Below are positions 39,190 to 52,604 of a DNA stretch of 64,000 bases, one piece after another. The translations under genes and the position numbers were made by a program. Origin of the DNA: Okamejei kenojei (taxonomy: Eukaryota); assembly GCA_035221665.1 (NCBI GenBank), contig CM069163.1:17360001-17424000 (forward strand), read 5' to 3'. The stretch's first letter is position 1; each line of letters begins with the position of its first letter. Under the pieces are notes generated by a model. It was not told where the DNA came from, did no database searches, and saw only the letters and a program-made list of their open reading frames with translations.

Positions 39190-40201
39190 CTGCCAACACA
39201 AGACACTGGGTATACACTGTTCCAAAGGTTATACACTGTTCCAAAAGAACTGACAAAATGAGGAAGGTACTGGACGATTTGATTTGTGATATGGAGGCTG
39301 TGGGATAGACTTGGGTTGAAATTGTATAAAGTCCTCAATACATCCGTTTCTCATAAAGGGGGAAATATTAAGGTTATGTTTGAAAGGAACTGCAATATCA
39401 TGGGAAATTTTATTCTATATATTGATAGGACAAATCAAACTGGCAAAGGTACAGAAGCAGCATTTGTGTAATAGAAACATAGAAAATAGGTGCAGGAGTA
39501 GGCCAGCACCACCATTAAATATGATCATGGCTGATCATCCAAAATCAGAACCGCATTCCTGCTTTCTCCCCATATCCTTTGATTCAATAGTCCTGAGAGC
39601 TATATCTAACTCTCTCTTGAATGTACGAAGGTTTGCTTTTTAGAGCAGTACATTGCAGAGCCTATCCTGGAATAGGTTACTTCAGATTTGATCTTATAGA
39701 AAGAGGATGGATTAAAAAGAGATTATGTGGTTAAATATCCCCAATGGGGTAGTGCCCACGATATGATAGAATTCAAATGCAATTTGAAGATGAACACGAT
39801 AAGTCTATAACCAGTGTCTACAATTTAAAGAAAGGCAAAGATATAAACCCAACCATTTCTCACATAATATTCCTGCAGGTGTAACTGAACACCAATGAAA
39901 AGCAGGAAACTCTGGTTAATTCTCCCCTCTTGAAACATCAACAGTCACTAAGCCAATTGCCCTGACTATGGTCCCAGACATTGCTTACTATCTTCAGTCT
40001 CTCACCCATCCACAACACATGTTGCTTTGTTCTAAGTAGCTGCCATCAACATGCAAAATTAGCAAGATGGATTCAGCTGCTTAATCTCTGCACCCCATCC
40101 ACAGACCATAGGTTTGAATGTTCTCAGTGACTGGCAGTGTGATATATTAGTACTAACAAACTGCAATTTTCACTAATCTCTTAATGTTTAATTCTTTTTA
40201 C

Positions 40202-40336
40202 CGTCATGCCAGCTCGACGTATGAAGGATTTCATTGCTTCCAACGTGCCCTGTGTTTGACCACGCTCCCGATCCCGGCGGATCTGCTCCAGAGTGCTGGC
40301 ATTGGTCTGCAAGGTGTTCAGAGCCTGGACTGCATC
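40202..40336 (-). CDS. FPGS: FPGS exon 2
   Basis: DAVQALNTLQTNASTLEQIRRDRERGQTQGTLEAMKSFIRRAGMT, 135 nt. Confidence 0.95.
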
Positions 40337-41204
40337 CTAGAATTCAACATATTCGAAGTAAGCAATCTCTGTGTTGTTCATGTTCAATGGAATCATACAA
40401 AAAAGGTAAATTCTTGATCTTTCAATCCAGCCTGTTGCAGCCCTTGCACCTTTCCTTTATCTGCACTTTCTGTTGATGCAATGCTACATTCTACACTCTG
40501 TTTATTTTTTCTTTTGCAATACCTGTTGTACTCATGTATGGTATGCTGTAGCTGATAGCACGCAAAAACGATTTTTCACAGGAGCTCTGTAATAATAATT
40601 TCACAGGAGCTCCTATATCTAAAATAACTCTCAGGAACAAAATGTCCCAAATGCAAGTTGCCACTGCCAAAGCAGTTATGCCATCTTCATTTCACTTGCA
40701 CTTTGATTTCACTTGCACTTTATGTGCAATGTGACGATTAAAACTGTATTGTATTGCCATCTGTCAGACTCCCGAACATGAAGAAAAACAAGTGGTTAAA
40801 ATACATTCATCTAAATATTTTTGAAGTGCAATCTTTAATGTCGTCATGTAAAAATCACTGACAGATGTGGGCTCACCACTGCTGTGTATTAAATTAACAT
40901 GGGAATTGGCTAATAATCACTGTTGATCAACATTCAGTAATCCTCGCTGCAAAGCAGGGATAATAGACATTAAGTATCACACAGAGCGAGAGGATCAAAG
41001 GGCAACCGGCTACCATGGAGCCAGGCCATCAGCATTTCCACGACCTTCACTGTAAAGAAACACATTCACAATCAAGTGTATGCAAATGTAGTTCCCAAGG
41101 CTGGATTTTTACATTATATTCCACCTCCCTTCACATCCTTCCACATTCATCAAAGGGAATATGCCTTCACATACCTCGGTCAAGAAATACAGAATAATTG
41201 ACCC

Positions 41205-41900
41205 AGTACTTTTCAAAAAAAAAAAAAATGTGCTGGAGTAACTCAGCAAGGCTGACAGTACCTCTGGAGAACATGGATAGGAATGTTTTGGGTTGGAACC
41301 TTTTTCTGACCGACTGTGGTGAGGGAAGAAAGTTGGAGTAGGAGTAGGACAAAGTCTGGCAAGTTATAGGTGGATGCAGGCCGGGGGGGGGGGGGGGGAA
41401 ATCGGCAGATGAAAAGGCAAAAGTGTGAAATAAGGATAGAAGGGTGAATTGTGAAGCCAGAATAAGGAATATAGGTGGAAGGGGAAAGCGAAGGGCATCC
41501 GTGTGAGGAAGAGAGGGGGGTAAAAGAGAAGCAGGAATGGTGTAGGTTAGTTACCTAAAATTGGAGAATTCAATGTTCACACTGTGCAAAAGGAATATGA
41601 GGTACTATTTCTCCAGTTTGTGTATGGCCTCTCTCTGGCAGTTGAGGTGGCCCAGATCAGAATTGGAATGGGTAGGGAAGTGAAAAAGGTTAGCAAACCA
41701 ACAGATCCTGCAGGCCTTGGTAAACTGAGTTCAAGTGTTTGGCGAAATCGTCTTGCCAATGTAATGGAGGCCACATCTGGGTGAGGTTAGAGGCGGTGCA
41801 TATGAACCTCTGTCTCACCTTGAAGGACTGCTGGGGTCCCTGGACGGATGTGAGGGAGGCATTATAGAGACAGGTGTTACATCTCCTGCGATTGTTCAGG
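41205..41900 (-). mobile_element. Penelope-like element fragment (GIY-YIG region plus tail)
   Basis: The reverse strand reads GPQQSFKVRQRF and is homologous to 61272-61797. Confidence 0.75.
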
Positions 41901-42499
41901 AAAGATTTTCACCAATTTTTCTTTTATCAGTTTTGCGTCTTCTTCTTGTTCTGTGCGACGTTCTCTTTTTTAGGTGATGTCTTAATGAATATGATTACTA
42001 TCTATGCAAACTGTTTCTGACGTGTGGTTATCAGAAGTCAAAAATACAGCATGGATCAGGATTATAAAATATTCTTCTCAAGCAAGTTCCAGGAATTTAT
42101 TTCAGTTTTATCTCACGGGCAACTGACAATGCTACTATGTAGGACAGGAGAGTCCCAACCCGAAACATCGCCCATCCATTTTCTCCAGAGAAGGTGCTGC
42201 CTGACCCGCTATGTTACTCTTGTACTGTTTTTTTTTAAACCAACACCTGCTGCTCCTTTAGTCTCCACGTTACTATCTATACTTAACACCCGCCAGCAGC
42301 CAGCTGATAAAGTATAATGTCTACTTCTCAAGGGAAGGATAGAAGGAACAATTGCCAAAGAGACACGGAAAATGACTTTGGAGCCCGTCCCAAAGCAAAT
42401 CACCTGTATGGAGTACGCAATGTGAAACAAGGATCCACTCACTTTTGCTAAAAGCTGCTAACCGCACTTTAATAAAAGTTTACTGCGATATAAGGTCCG

Positions 42500-43060
42500 T
42501 CTCCGGACCACCTGTCGGAACTCCTTCCTCTGCAGGTCACGGGGAGTTGTCAGGGGCGTTGAGGAGCAGCTGCCCCTCGGCCCGGCTGCTGGCGCCGCGG
42601 TCAAAGCCGCTCAGCGGGAAAGCGCGGGTTCCGGAGCTCAACCGCACAACGTTACTGCTTTGTCCCTCCCGGGGCAGCTTCGCACCCACCTTGACCCCCT
42701 TTGCCCCTGCCCCCCGAAAATATATCATCAGATCTGCGGCACCCAGCCAGCTTCTTGCCCCCACTCCTCCCACATCACTGCCTCAGACTTCCCCGCAAGG
42801 CCCCACTCAAGCCCACTCAGGCCCGGGGGTCTCAGTACCGTCCGCCCCCGACCCCCCCCCCCCCCCCCCCCCCCTGCCCGGACCCTCTCCCGGGTCCAAT
42901 CTCCCTGTCCTGGTCCCGTCTCCCTTCTCCGACCCTGGACATCCCCATGGCCCCTGATCAGGTCTCCCAGTCCCAGCCTTGTCCCCGTCTCCCTCCCCTG
43001 GACATTCTCCCCCCGCCCGCGGGTCCCGGACCCATCCACCGGGAGCCGGGCCGCTTCCCT

Positions 43061-43094
<34 letters not shown>

Positions 43095-43400
43095 GCCGAC
43101 CGACCGGCCTCACCTGGTAATCCATGCCGGGGATGTGCAGGGCGGCTTTGGTCGGCGCCGTGCTGTAGCTGACCGGCCAAGCCTCCTTGAGGCAGCCGAG
43201 CGCCGCCCCTTTCCTCCTCTCTTCAGCCTTCACTCGACGCCTCAGCGCCTTCACCAGCGCGCGGAAGAGCCGCGCCATCGTGAGCCGCACCGAGCAACAC
43301 GTGGCTCAGCGCCACCTCTGACCCCAGGCCTGCTGGCACGCTGCTGCGTGGCGAACACTGCCCGCCATCTTTGATGCTGGCAGCGCTCTCCCCTATTGAT
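42500..43400. promoter_or_regulatory. CpG island / FPGS promoter and exon 1 region
   Basis: High GC and CpG content. YY1-like CCGCCATCTT at 43362-43371, (GCG)11 at 43061-43093 and a C-run at about 42852-42874. Confidence 0.8.
43114..43278 (-). CDS. FPGS: FPGS exon 1 (mitochondrial ATG 43278, cytosolic ATG 43125)
   Basis: An Arg/Ala/Leu-rich leader MARLFRALVKALRRRVK... ends in MDYQ|GTGAGG, matching human ...MEYQ at the end of exon 1. Confidence 0.92.
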
Positions 43401-44379
43401 AGAAACTCAATTCATCTGGATCCTCACATCTAATTCATTGTTTTCCCCACCCTCGTCCCCTTACATAATTAAGCCATTCGGCCCATCAAGTCTACTCCAC
43501 CATTCAATCATTACTGATCGATCTTTCCCTCCCAACCACATTCTCCTGCCTTCTTCCCATAACCTGATGCCCTCACAATAAGCAAGTTCGATATTCCGAC
43601 TGCACATGCCCATGTCATAGGTCAATCGTTATAAAGATTCTCGGCAACTGTGGTGCTGCGTGGTGTGCAAGCTTGCGTTTCGCCCATGGTTGGGGTCGGA
43701 CCCGGGTCTCCAGCGCTGTTGAGATGCTGCTGGGCCGTCCCCGTCCCCTCCCGAGTGTTCCGTCCCTGTCCAAGGCCACTTGCAGCTGGCGCGGGGGACA
43801 GGTGCTGGTTCCAGCTCGGCTCTGTCTGTCCCGCTGGCAGCCCTGGACTGCATTGCCGGGTTTTATGTCTAAATTTTATTTAAATATTTTACCACGTCTC
43901 TACAGTTTTTGCTTTGAAAGAATATATTCTACTGTTTAATGTTCCTTGAGATGTGGGCTTCAGTATTGTGCCATTAAAGAATATTCTGTGGATGTAGCCC
44001 GAATCATCACGCAGAGCAGCTTCCCCAGCATCAAATTCTATCTATAGTACAAACCACTGCAGGAAAGCAGCCAATATAATAAAGAACCTTTCCCACCCTA
44101 GCCTAGTAATTCAATCTTCTCCCCTCTCCTGTCGGGCAGAAGATATAAACACTTGAAAGCACGTAACACAAAATTCAGGAACAGCATATTTCTGTCTATT
44201 ATCAGACGACCGAACGGTCCGCTCGTAAGTTAGGGTGTAATTCCAATCTCATTACAGACGTTGGACTTTCTCTTTGTAAGTATATTACTACAATGCTGTA
44301 AGCTAAATTCTGCATTCTATTATTTTTCTCTTTGCACTACCTGTTGGACTTGTGTATTACTTGTATAATATCAAAAGTC

Positions 44380-46225
44380 AGGAGTGTTGAATTGTCAAAT
44401 TTTATCAAAATGGAACAATTAATTCTTACTCGCAGCAGCATAACCGGTTTGTAAACGCAGTGCGCAATAGATAACATAATAAAACAATTTAACAAAATAA
44501 ATTACAAAAATATTAGTCCCTCAGCATGTACTCCTGCAGTCGGGAATGAGCCAGTTGGTAACATTCCCTGACAGATATCTCACTGTGCTGGGAGGCCAAC
44601 AGGTTTCAGAGAGATCAAAGTGTCTTGCATTGACTTGATCTTCGTGCAGCACTTGATGCCCATTTCCAAAGACGTCCCTGGGAACATCCTGACATGTTTT
44701 ATTGTCCAAGTGGTCCAGTGCAGAGTGGAGAGCCAGCGAGATCGCATTGCCCATTGATCTATGTGGTGCTGGGCAAATTGTAGAGGGTTCAGGTTTTTGA
44801 TAAGGTGGAAAGTGATATGCGCCAACCAACTTCTCAAAGCACGTCATCACCACAGACATTTGTGCTATCGGTCAGTAGTAATTGAGGCATGTCACCTTAG
44901 TCTTCTTGGACACCTGTATTATTTATACCCATTTAAAGCAGGTGGAAACCTCAGACCTCAGTTATGAGCGGTTGAAGATTTCCACAAAAACACCAGCCAA
45001 TTGGTCCGTGCATGTTTTGAGAACCCGACCAGGTACAGCATCAGGTCCAGACGCTTTCCGAGATTCACCCTCATGGAAGGATCTTCTGACGTCGGCCTCG
45101 GTGACCGAGATTACATTGGGTGTTATGGGAGCACGAGAAGGCACATCAATGTTTTCCCTATCGAAGTGTGCATTGAATTCATTGAGCTTGTCCAGGAGCT
45201 ATGGCACTTGGTTTTGCCCTGTAGGACATGATGGAATGCAGGCCCAGCCACAGCTGCCAATCATCCGTATCATCCTCCCGTTTAGAGTGTCATTTTAGCC
45301 TTTTATGGTGACCTTATTGAGGTCGTATCTGGCCGTCTTGTTTGATTACGCATCACCAGACTTAAACATCATAGATCTGGTCCTCAGAGGATTGCCAGCC
45401 TCCTGGTTCATCCAAGACTTCTGGTTGGGAAATATTCAGACAGTTTTGGTGGAATACCTCTCCGCACATTTTGTCAAGAAGTTGGTAACAACCATGGCAG
45501 ATTTGCATCATGTTTCCAAGTCCTTGAACATCACCCAGTCTACCAACTCCAAGCAATCCCAGTCGTTTTTCTTCCTCCCCTCAAAAGCTTTAGGCAGTCC
45601 TCACCGCTAAGATGCACTTTTCAGTCGATACCTGTACGCTGAGGGAAGGAGCACATCCACATGGCCGGATTTCCCGAAGTGAGGGTGAGGAATGCAGCGA
45701 TAGGTATCTTTGATGGTGGAATAGCAGTTGTCGAGGATGTTTGATCCACTGGTGCTGCTGGCAGTTTGGAAGTGACCTCTTCAAACTGGCATAGATGCGT
45801 TTCCCAGCTATGATAAGAAAGGCGCCAGGGTATGCCATCTCGTGTTTGTTGACGGCGGTGAGGAGCTCCTCCAGTGCTATACGAATGTCTACCTGGGATG
45901 TGATGTGGACTGCGTTCATGACGATGGAGGTGAATGCCCTCATGAGAAAGGAATGCCAGGTGTGGAGGGTAGGAGTTGGACAGGACCACTATGTCTGAGC
46001 CTCAGAGTCTACCATAAGGCAGACATCACCTCTTTCCTTTGCCGATGCCTCAGTTTGGTCCATGTGATGAATGGAAAAACCTTTGGGCTGAAGGGCTGAG
46101 TATGGGGACCTTGGGATCAGCCATTTCTCAGTGAGACCGAGTACACATCATTCCCTCATCTGTCTTTGATAAAGCAGCTTTGCCTTTAAGTCCTCAACCT
46201 TATTTTCCAGTGACTGGACATTTGA
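44380..46225 (-). mobile_element. Rex1/Babar-type LINE, decayed
   Basis: KASGPDAVPGRVLKTCTDQLAGVFVEIFNRS, SVVMTCFEKLV, LNPLQFA and APE remnants (AFLIIAG). Confidence 0.85.
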
Positions 46226-47410
46226 TTTGACTGGCTAGCAAAAGTAGCAAACAAAAGCTCTTCACTGTATCTTGGGATGTGTTACAATAATAAACCAATA
46301 TTCTAAGGCAGTGTAACGCTCATACACAATAATGTATAGGAAAGAACTGCAGATGCTGATTTAAATCGAAGGTAGACACAAAATGCTGGAGTAATTCAGC
46401 GGATCAGGCAGCATATCTGGAGAGAAGGAATGGGTGACATTTTGGGTCGAGACCCGTCTTCCTAGTATTACCTAGGAACTGGAGTTGAGTTTTACAGGAA
46501 GACAAATCAACCTTCAAAACTGTTGTTTGTGCAGGTATAAAATTATAGGTAACACAAATGTAAATGAGAAACAAATACTAATTAGCAATAATTATTCCAA
46601 TTGTTTAGGAGTCATATGGTGCAGCAGTCATGTATCCAAAATATTCCAAGATTTTGTCCATGCTCTGTATTTGAAACAACGCAAGAAGCCAAGAATTTGT
46701 GTTTTACACATCTGGATTATACAAGGTGAAATATACCAAGATTAATTAACCAATTATTCTTGGAGAACTAATATCTGTAAACACTGATTGTAAGGACAGA
46801 GTTAAATTTAATCAGTACCCTCCACACTTAAGTAGTCAGATTACACTGACAAGCCTCTTGGCTAGTATGCACAAAGGTATAAAACCTGAAAATGGTCTTT
46901 CAGGAGAGAGAATTCTAGAATGATAAAATGGTCATATCTAGAAATGAACAGTAAAAGGTAGGGATGGGATCGAGGGCTTGAGTGATGATTTTTGAGGCTG
47001 TAATTATTCAAACAATACTTTATATATTGTTCCAGATATCAATTGGCATTTGGGGCAAGGCAGAAGATCACAACTGGATTATTAGGGCAATAATAGATTT
47101 CCTATATTCAACACATTACAACTATTTGTAAACTTATATGCAAATTGTTAAATTAAAAACTCAGTTATTCACTGTCAATATTTGGAGTAGCTAAGAAATT
47201 TGCTGATTGGCAGTTTGCAATGTAGACTGATCAGAAAACCTACGGACAGATTATTCTCCTCTTCAAAGATAAACCTAGGCAGCACTTTAAAAGTAGCGCC
47301 AAAATAAATATAAATAACTAAGACAAGAAATAAAAACAAAGCTATACACAGTGAAACAGCAACAGACCACAAAGATATGGAGAGAGTAGCAAAGGATTGT
47401 CTTAGAACAA

Positions 47411-47416
47411 TTTATT
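47411..47416 (-). promoter_or_regulatory. Probable CDK9 polyadenylation signal
   Basis: AATAAA on the minus strand about 1.6 kb after the stop, followed by a GU/U-rich stretch. Confidence 0.55.
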
Positions 47417-49047
47417 TAAAAACCTAGGATTCGTACTCACTGATGTAACTTTTTATAAACTGTTAAACATTTCGCATATGTTCTAATGCTGTATTGTATA
47501 GAGTAACTAAATCTTTTACATGGACATTGTTAGAACTGAAGAACTGCACATTAAATGTTTCTTAAACCACTCAAGGACTGAGCCTAAATGGTCATTCTGA
47601 TCACTGGAATACAAACATCTGGAAATACTGGCATTATGCCAATAGGAACAGGCTGTTTTATTCGGCCAGTGGACAAGATGCTTTTTGGTCAAGATAGAAA
47701 TTTGGAATAAAACAAAAACATTGAAAATTAAATCAATAGCACAACTGCATTTTTTTTGTAATTTTCTTTTTTTTTTTAATGGTCTCTGAATTCATCTTGC
47801 CGAAGAAACACGAATCCTAATGCACTTCAACAGCAGTTCTGCAACTACTTAACTGAGCCCTCGCATTGCCTTTTTTCCAGAGAGCACAATACTCTCTGTA
47901 GCTAGAGCTAATGAAAACATTTAATTAAATAACCCAGTAGAGAGGTACACTGTCACACCATGAAGGGCAGGGTGAAGCTAACACTTCTCAGAAAGCAGCC
48001 GATGACATTGTCTAATTTTCATTCTACTCATTTTGCTTTTATCCAGCGTAGGGCAGGCACTTATAGACTCCTCTCGAGAACAGGTGCAGCAATGAGGCAG
48101 TATCAGAACAGGAATCAACAACATGTTGGCGCAAACAGAATTTACTACAAAGTTTCAGTATGTACAAACCTCTATGAAGTATATCAACTCATCTGCAAGA
48201 AGAAATTTCACTTTTTTTCTTAAATCCGTCAATAATTGAAAAGCATGAAATGTAAAAAGCACCAATACCTCAAAGAGAAGCAAATTTCTGGCAATGTTTT
48301 TGGTTTGAGGAAACAAAGTCATAACCTCATTAAAGATTCTATAACTGACAAATGGTTTAGCAATACTTCAATCTGGTTCAGGTGCTTATAAATGAACGGT
48401 TTTAAACACACTCCGATATAAGCTCATTAAAAAGTAATGACTCAGCATCCCAAGTGCCCTCGAGAGCACAAGCCTCCGGAAATAAAATCAGTTTCTTGTT
48501 TTTACCAAGAACCTCTTGCTTGATGAGCAGATCAAGAGAAAAGCTATTATCCAGCCTACTGTCTGTAATGCTTTGTTAACCACACTTGTTTGAGGTGAAA
48601 TGATTTGACTTTTCCCATATTCCTTTTGGGACGCTGTCTGGTTGCAATATACTCGGCGAGGGAAATCTGTGTACAAACTTAGATCCCAGGATAAAACAGA
48701 GTATGTATGTAAAGAGCCAGTTATTTTGCTCCAGGTACCGACTCAAAGGTAATTCAACATCAATGTTGGAATGATTGAACAAAAATCTCTAGAATAACAA
48801 AATCATGCTCAACATAACAGCATAACTGGGAAAAACAGAAATCAATCCAAGACCCTAAAATAGAACCTCTGAATGTTACTTCTGGACCCACAGCTCTTGG
48901 AGTACCTTTAACATCCAATTAGTAATAGGCACAATTAATGTGTAACAGTTCAACATTGATTAATCACAAAACCTCAAATATGGCACTATCTAAATAAATA
49001 AACAACCTGCCTCGAGCAACTCTACAATCCATAAACTTCAAACATTT

Positions 49048-49413
49048 TCAGAACACCCGGTCAAATTCCGTCTGGTTGGCTGCAGCAGGATTCTTGTTCT
49101 GATTGGTTGACTGCTGTGGCATGTGACTGCCTCGCCTCCTGGGAGGGGCTAAATACTCAAACATTGATTGGTTGTGGGTGGAGAGCATGTTTTTAAGGTC
49201 AGAAGGCATGGGGTCAGTCCAGAAGAAATCGTGGTTCAAGGCATCATCACTGTCGGTCCTCTGGGTGGGGTCGAGGACAAGCAGCTTGTCAATGAGGTCC
49301 AGTGCATAAGGGTCCTTCACGTAGGCTTTCAACCGGTCTTTAACTTTTCGCTTCTGACCTTTAGGCAGTTCCAGCTTTTGGTACAGTTCATACTTCTCAA
49401 CATTAGGCCAAAC
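49048..49413 (-). CDS. CDK9: Cyclin-dependent kinase 9 exon 7 (last)
   Basis: VWPNVEKYELYQKLELPKGQKRKVKDRLKAYVKDPYALDLIDKLL...NQTEFDRVF*, 366 nt. Confidence 0.97.
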   Translation of the reverse strand, partial: VWPNVEKYELYQKLELPKGQKRKVKDRLKAYVKDPYALDLIDKLLVLDPTQRTDSDDALNHDFFWTDPMPSDLKNMLSTHNQSMFEYLAPPRRRGSHMPQQSTNQNKNPAAANQTEFDRVF

Positions 49414-50087
49414 CTGAAATCAAGCACATTGTTTATCTCCATTAAAATGAAAGATTTGATTCTCACAATGTCCATCAACATTTTATAACTGGCAATACTG
49501 AATGCTACCCAATACTCATACCATTACAGAGTACTTCTCCTCAGCCAAAAATGATCATGACTTCATTCTAAAATGCAAAGATAACCGCTTTGTTTTCAAT
49601 TAATTGTCCATTTAATCTTTTCCGTTTTCATCTTCAAAAATAGGAGGATTTTTGTTAAAAAAGATGAACACCAACTGCAACGATACCTCTGCTATTCCCT
49701 ATGCCCAAGAAGCCAAATCTTCTCCCAGATCACATATTTCAGCTATTTCCACGGACATAACATCATACTTCATTCTGTTCATTAAACCCATCTTGTATTC
49801 ACTCCACAAAGCAGACGGCCAACTTGCAGAGTTTCGCCATTGTAGAGAAGACTACATTACTAGTGCTGAATGCAGTGCACTGGATTGGATGCTGAACAAG
49901 TGAAGTGCTGCTTCATCTGGAAGGATTGTTTTGAAAGATATAAAAGGACAGCTGAACAAGTTCCCACATTAAAGGTATCATTGAAATTAGCACAGTACAT
50001 TTACAAGCTGCCTTACATCTGAGAAATGATCACCAAGCAGATAAAAACTAATATTCCCTGGCAAGAACAGAGCCCAGCAGGACATAC

Positions 50088-50236
50088 CTCGGCTGTAATG
50101 GAGCCACAGAGCTGACTGATCAACGTTAGCTGATGCTGTTCTGTGTTTCCCTGCATTATTGGACTCCGGGTCCACATCTCAGCCATGATGCATCCAGCAC
50201 CCCACAGATCTATGGGTGGTCCATAGTCTCTCTCAC
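50088..50236 (-). CDS. CDK9: CDK9 exon 6
   Basis: GERDYGPPIDLWGAGCIMAEMWTRSPIMQGNTEQHQLTLISQLCGSITAE, 149 nt. Confidence 0.97.
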
Positions 50237-51202
50237 CTGGATTTGGAGAAAGGGGAAACAAATATCTTATTAAAGGAGCGGAAGACCATGACTTGCAGAA
50301 ATGCTACCCTCTCCAGTTTCCCCACCCTGCAAATACCACGATTTACTCCCAAGGATAGGTGGCCTTCAATAATTTATTCCAGGAGATGTTCTTCCATGCA
50401 ATCCCACGGTGAATGCCAACTGATTAAATTACATCAAATCTCAATCCTATCCCATACAAATAGATGTATTTCATCCAACATTATCTTGTGACTCCCTGGT
50501 TCATTTTTCCTCTTCTCACAGGGAACCAAAACCACCAAACAAAATCCTTGACGGAATTTGCTAATTGAGCACAGGTCCTAGGATGTTGAGTTTATCCAGT
50601 TTTGTTGACAATGCCCATGATAGATGCGGCTAGGCTATTCTCTTCCACAATGTATTATAGATACTGTGAATACACAATATCACTGATCAATCCTAAAGAC
50701 CCAATGAATGAGGAATTAAAAGAGGAAACCAGTTAATTCTTAGAAAACGCTTTTAAAAAGAGTTCCATGTTCAACTTGAGAAATCGACTTACAATATTAA
50801 AAACAAAAGAGACGATTAAACAGGTTATTTGCAGGAGTTAGCTGAAAATCTCCAATGGTTTAAAAGTTGTTCCTTGACTATGAATTGAAATCAGAACAGC
50901 TGCAGTAAATATCACCTGGGAAGAGAAAGTTGGTGAGAAAGAGAGAGACTTCTCCTAGCTACAAGATGTATACCCTCAGATTATATTCTACTGTATTAGC
51001 ACCTCCAATGGGCACTGCACATGCCCCAAATGTTCACTGAACTATACTATAATTACATATGTTAAAGGACAGTTTCTGATACCAATTCTAATTAGCCTTG
51101 TATGACAAATAAAATAATCTAACATTATGACTCTCACAATCATTGTAACGCTTTATTAAACCTTGGAACAGAGATGGTTTTCACAATTATGACAACATTA
51201 TA

Positions 51203-51339
51203 GGGGTGGAAGATTGCAACCTTCAGGTGATCCGCCCTGATTCTATGAATGCAATCAACCTGACATACACAATCAAATAAGATCAACTAGAACAAGTTGT
51301 CCTAAAACTTTAGGCTGTGCACACCATACGCAAGAAGAA
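51203..51339 (+). mobile_element. Short SINE with 5' HDV-like ribozyme and GAA tail (copy 2)
   Basis: TSD GACAACATT at 51191-51199 and 51340-51348. The fold at 51203-51256 has P1 GGGGUGG/CCGCCCU (G1-U wobble) and P2 GAUUGCA/UGCAAUC. Confidence 0.85.
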
Positions 51340-51655
51340 GACAACATTTTATACAAATATCACTTTAGCCCACGTTCTAGATTCTTTCTGGGTTTCCAAG
51401 ATTTAATAAACTTTTATTATTATGGCGAGAGTCTACATAGACAATAAAAGTGGGCGGATGAAGAGCTGTTGCTAGGAGCTGATAGGTAAACAGAAATGAA
51501 TTATTTCTGTTTTTGCTTATGGGATGCAAGCATCACTAACAAGGCTGTGCCTTATTGACAGCTCTCATGACTCTTATGAAAGTGGTGGCAATTTTATAGG
51601 GCAGTTTATGTAAAAACAAATATTACCAAGCTAGACACAGCTTAGGGACACTTAC

Positions 51656-51827
51656 CTAACAAGAGCTCTGGTGGTCGATACCACAGGGTCACCACCCTGT
51701 TGGTGTAGCGATTTGGCTGGCTGTTCTTGGCCAGACTGAATGCTCGAGCCAGACCAAAGTCGGCCAGTTTCAACACACCATCGCGAGTGATTAGCACATT
51801 GGCTGCTTTCATATCTCGATGCAAAAT
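51656..51827 (-). CDS. CDK9: CDK9 exon 5
   Basis: [57 protein letters not shown], 172 nt. Confidence 0.98.
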
Positions 51828-52437
51828 CTACAAACAAAAATGCAAAGATAATGTAAAACTGTTACTAAAATGAATAGCTTTGCAGTTATTGAGATCCACA
51901 CTTGAAATGGTAAGCCTTGCAGAGCTCATTATTACATTGAGGTGTCGCACAATTGGCCTGTTAAAAGAGACAGACTTATATTTATCCAGCAATTATTTAG
52001 AAGTGCAGTATCACATAGGGATGTTCAGTGATCACCACGCACACAAGAAGCTACACAAAAATTTGAGAACATCATTGCCATTTCCTAAATGAGAAACTGA
52101 AGGCACTAATGTGTCTTTGTGGATTAATGCATCCTTTGTGGGGCGAAAATTGTCTCAAACTGCAACAGTGCTTTTCACAAAATCAAGACATGTAGAGCAA
52201 CTTTACATCCAACAATACTGACCATTTAATCTATGCTGTCAGTTCAAAAGTCAAACTTCAGTCTTGAAATAATCCCCATTTAATAGAGCTCCAGGTTATT
52301 TTAGTTAACAAGATTAATATAAAGCAGCAAAGTACATTTAGCTTTACAGTGGTCAGCTACTCACATGGCTGTGACCAAGACTGCAAGCTGAGCTCTGCGA
52401 GCAACCCATCAAACCCCACTAGGTCGCTCTATCTCAC

Positions 52438-52604
52438 CTTGTTCCGATGGATGTAGTAGAGCCCATTCAGCAGCATCTGCATCACCTTCTTGATTTCTGC
52501 CAAAGTGAACTTCACGTTTGCATTGCTGAGCAGTCCAGCCAGGTCATGCTCGCAGAAGTCAAAGACCAGGTAGATGCTGCCCTTGTAGCGATTATACTGC
52601 GTGG
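52438..52604 (-). CDS. CDK9: CDK9 exon 4
   Basis: ATQYNRYKGSIYLVFDFCEHDLAGLL...GLYYIHRNK, 167 nt. Confidence 0.97.

Noticed and set aside
42445-43374. Several 110-170 aa Pro/Arg/Ala/Gly-rich ORFs
   Set aside because: They are CpG-island and triplet-repeat artefacts. Only 43114-43278 matches FPGS.
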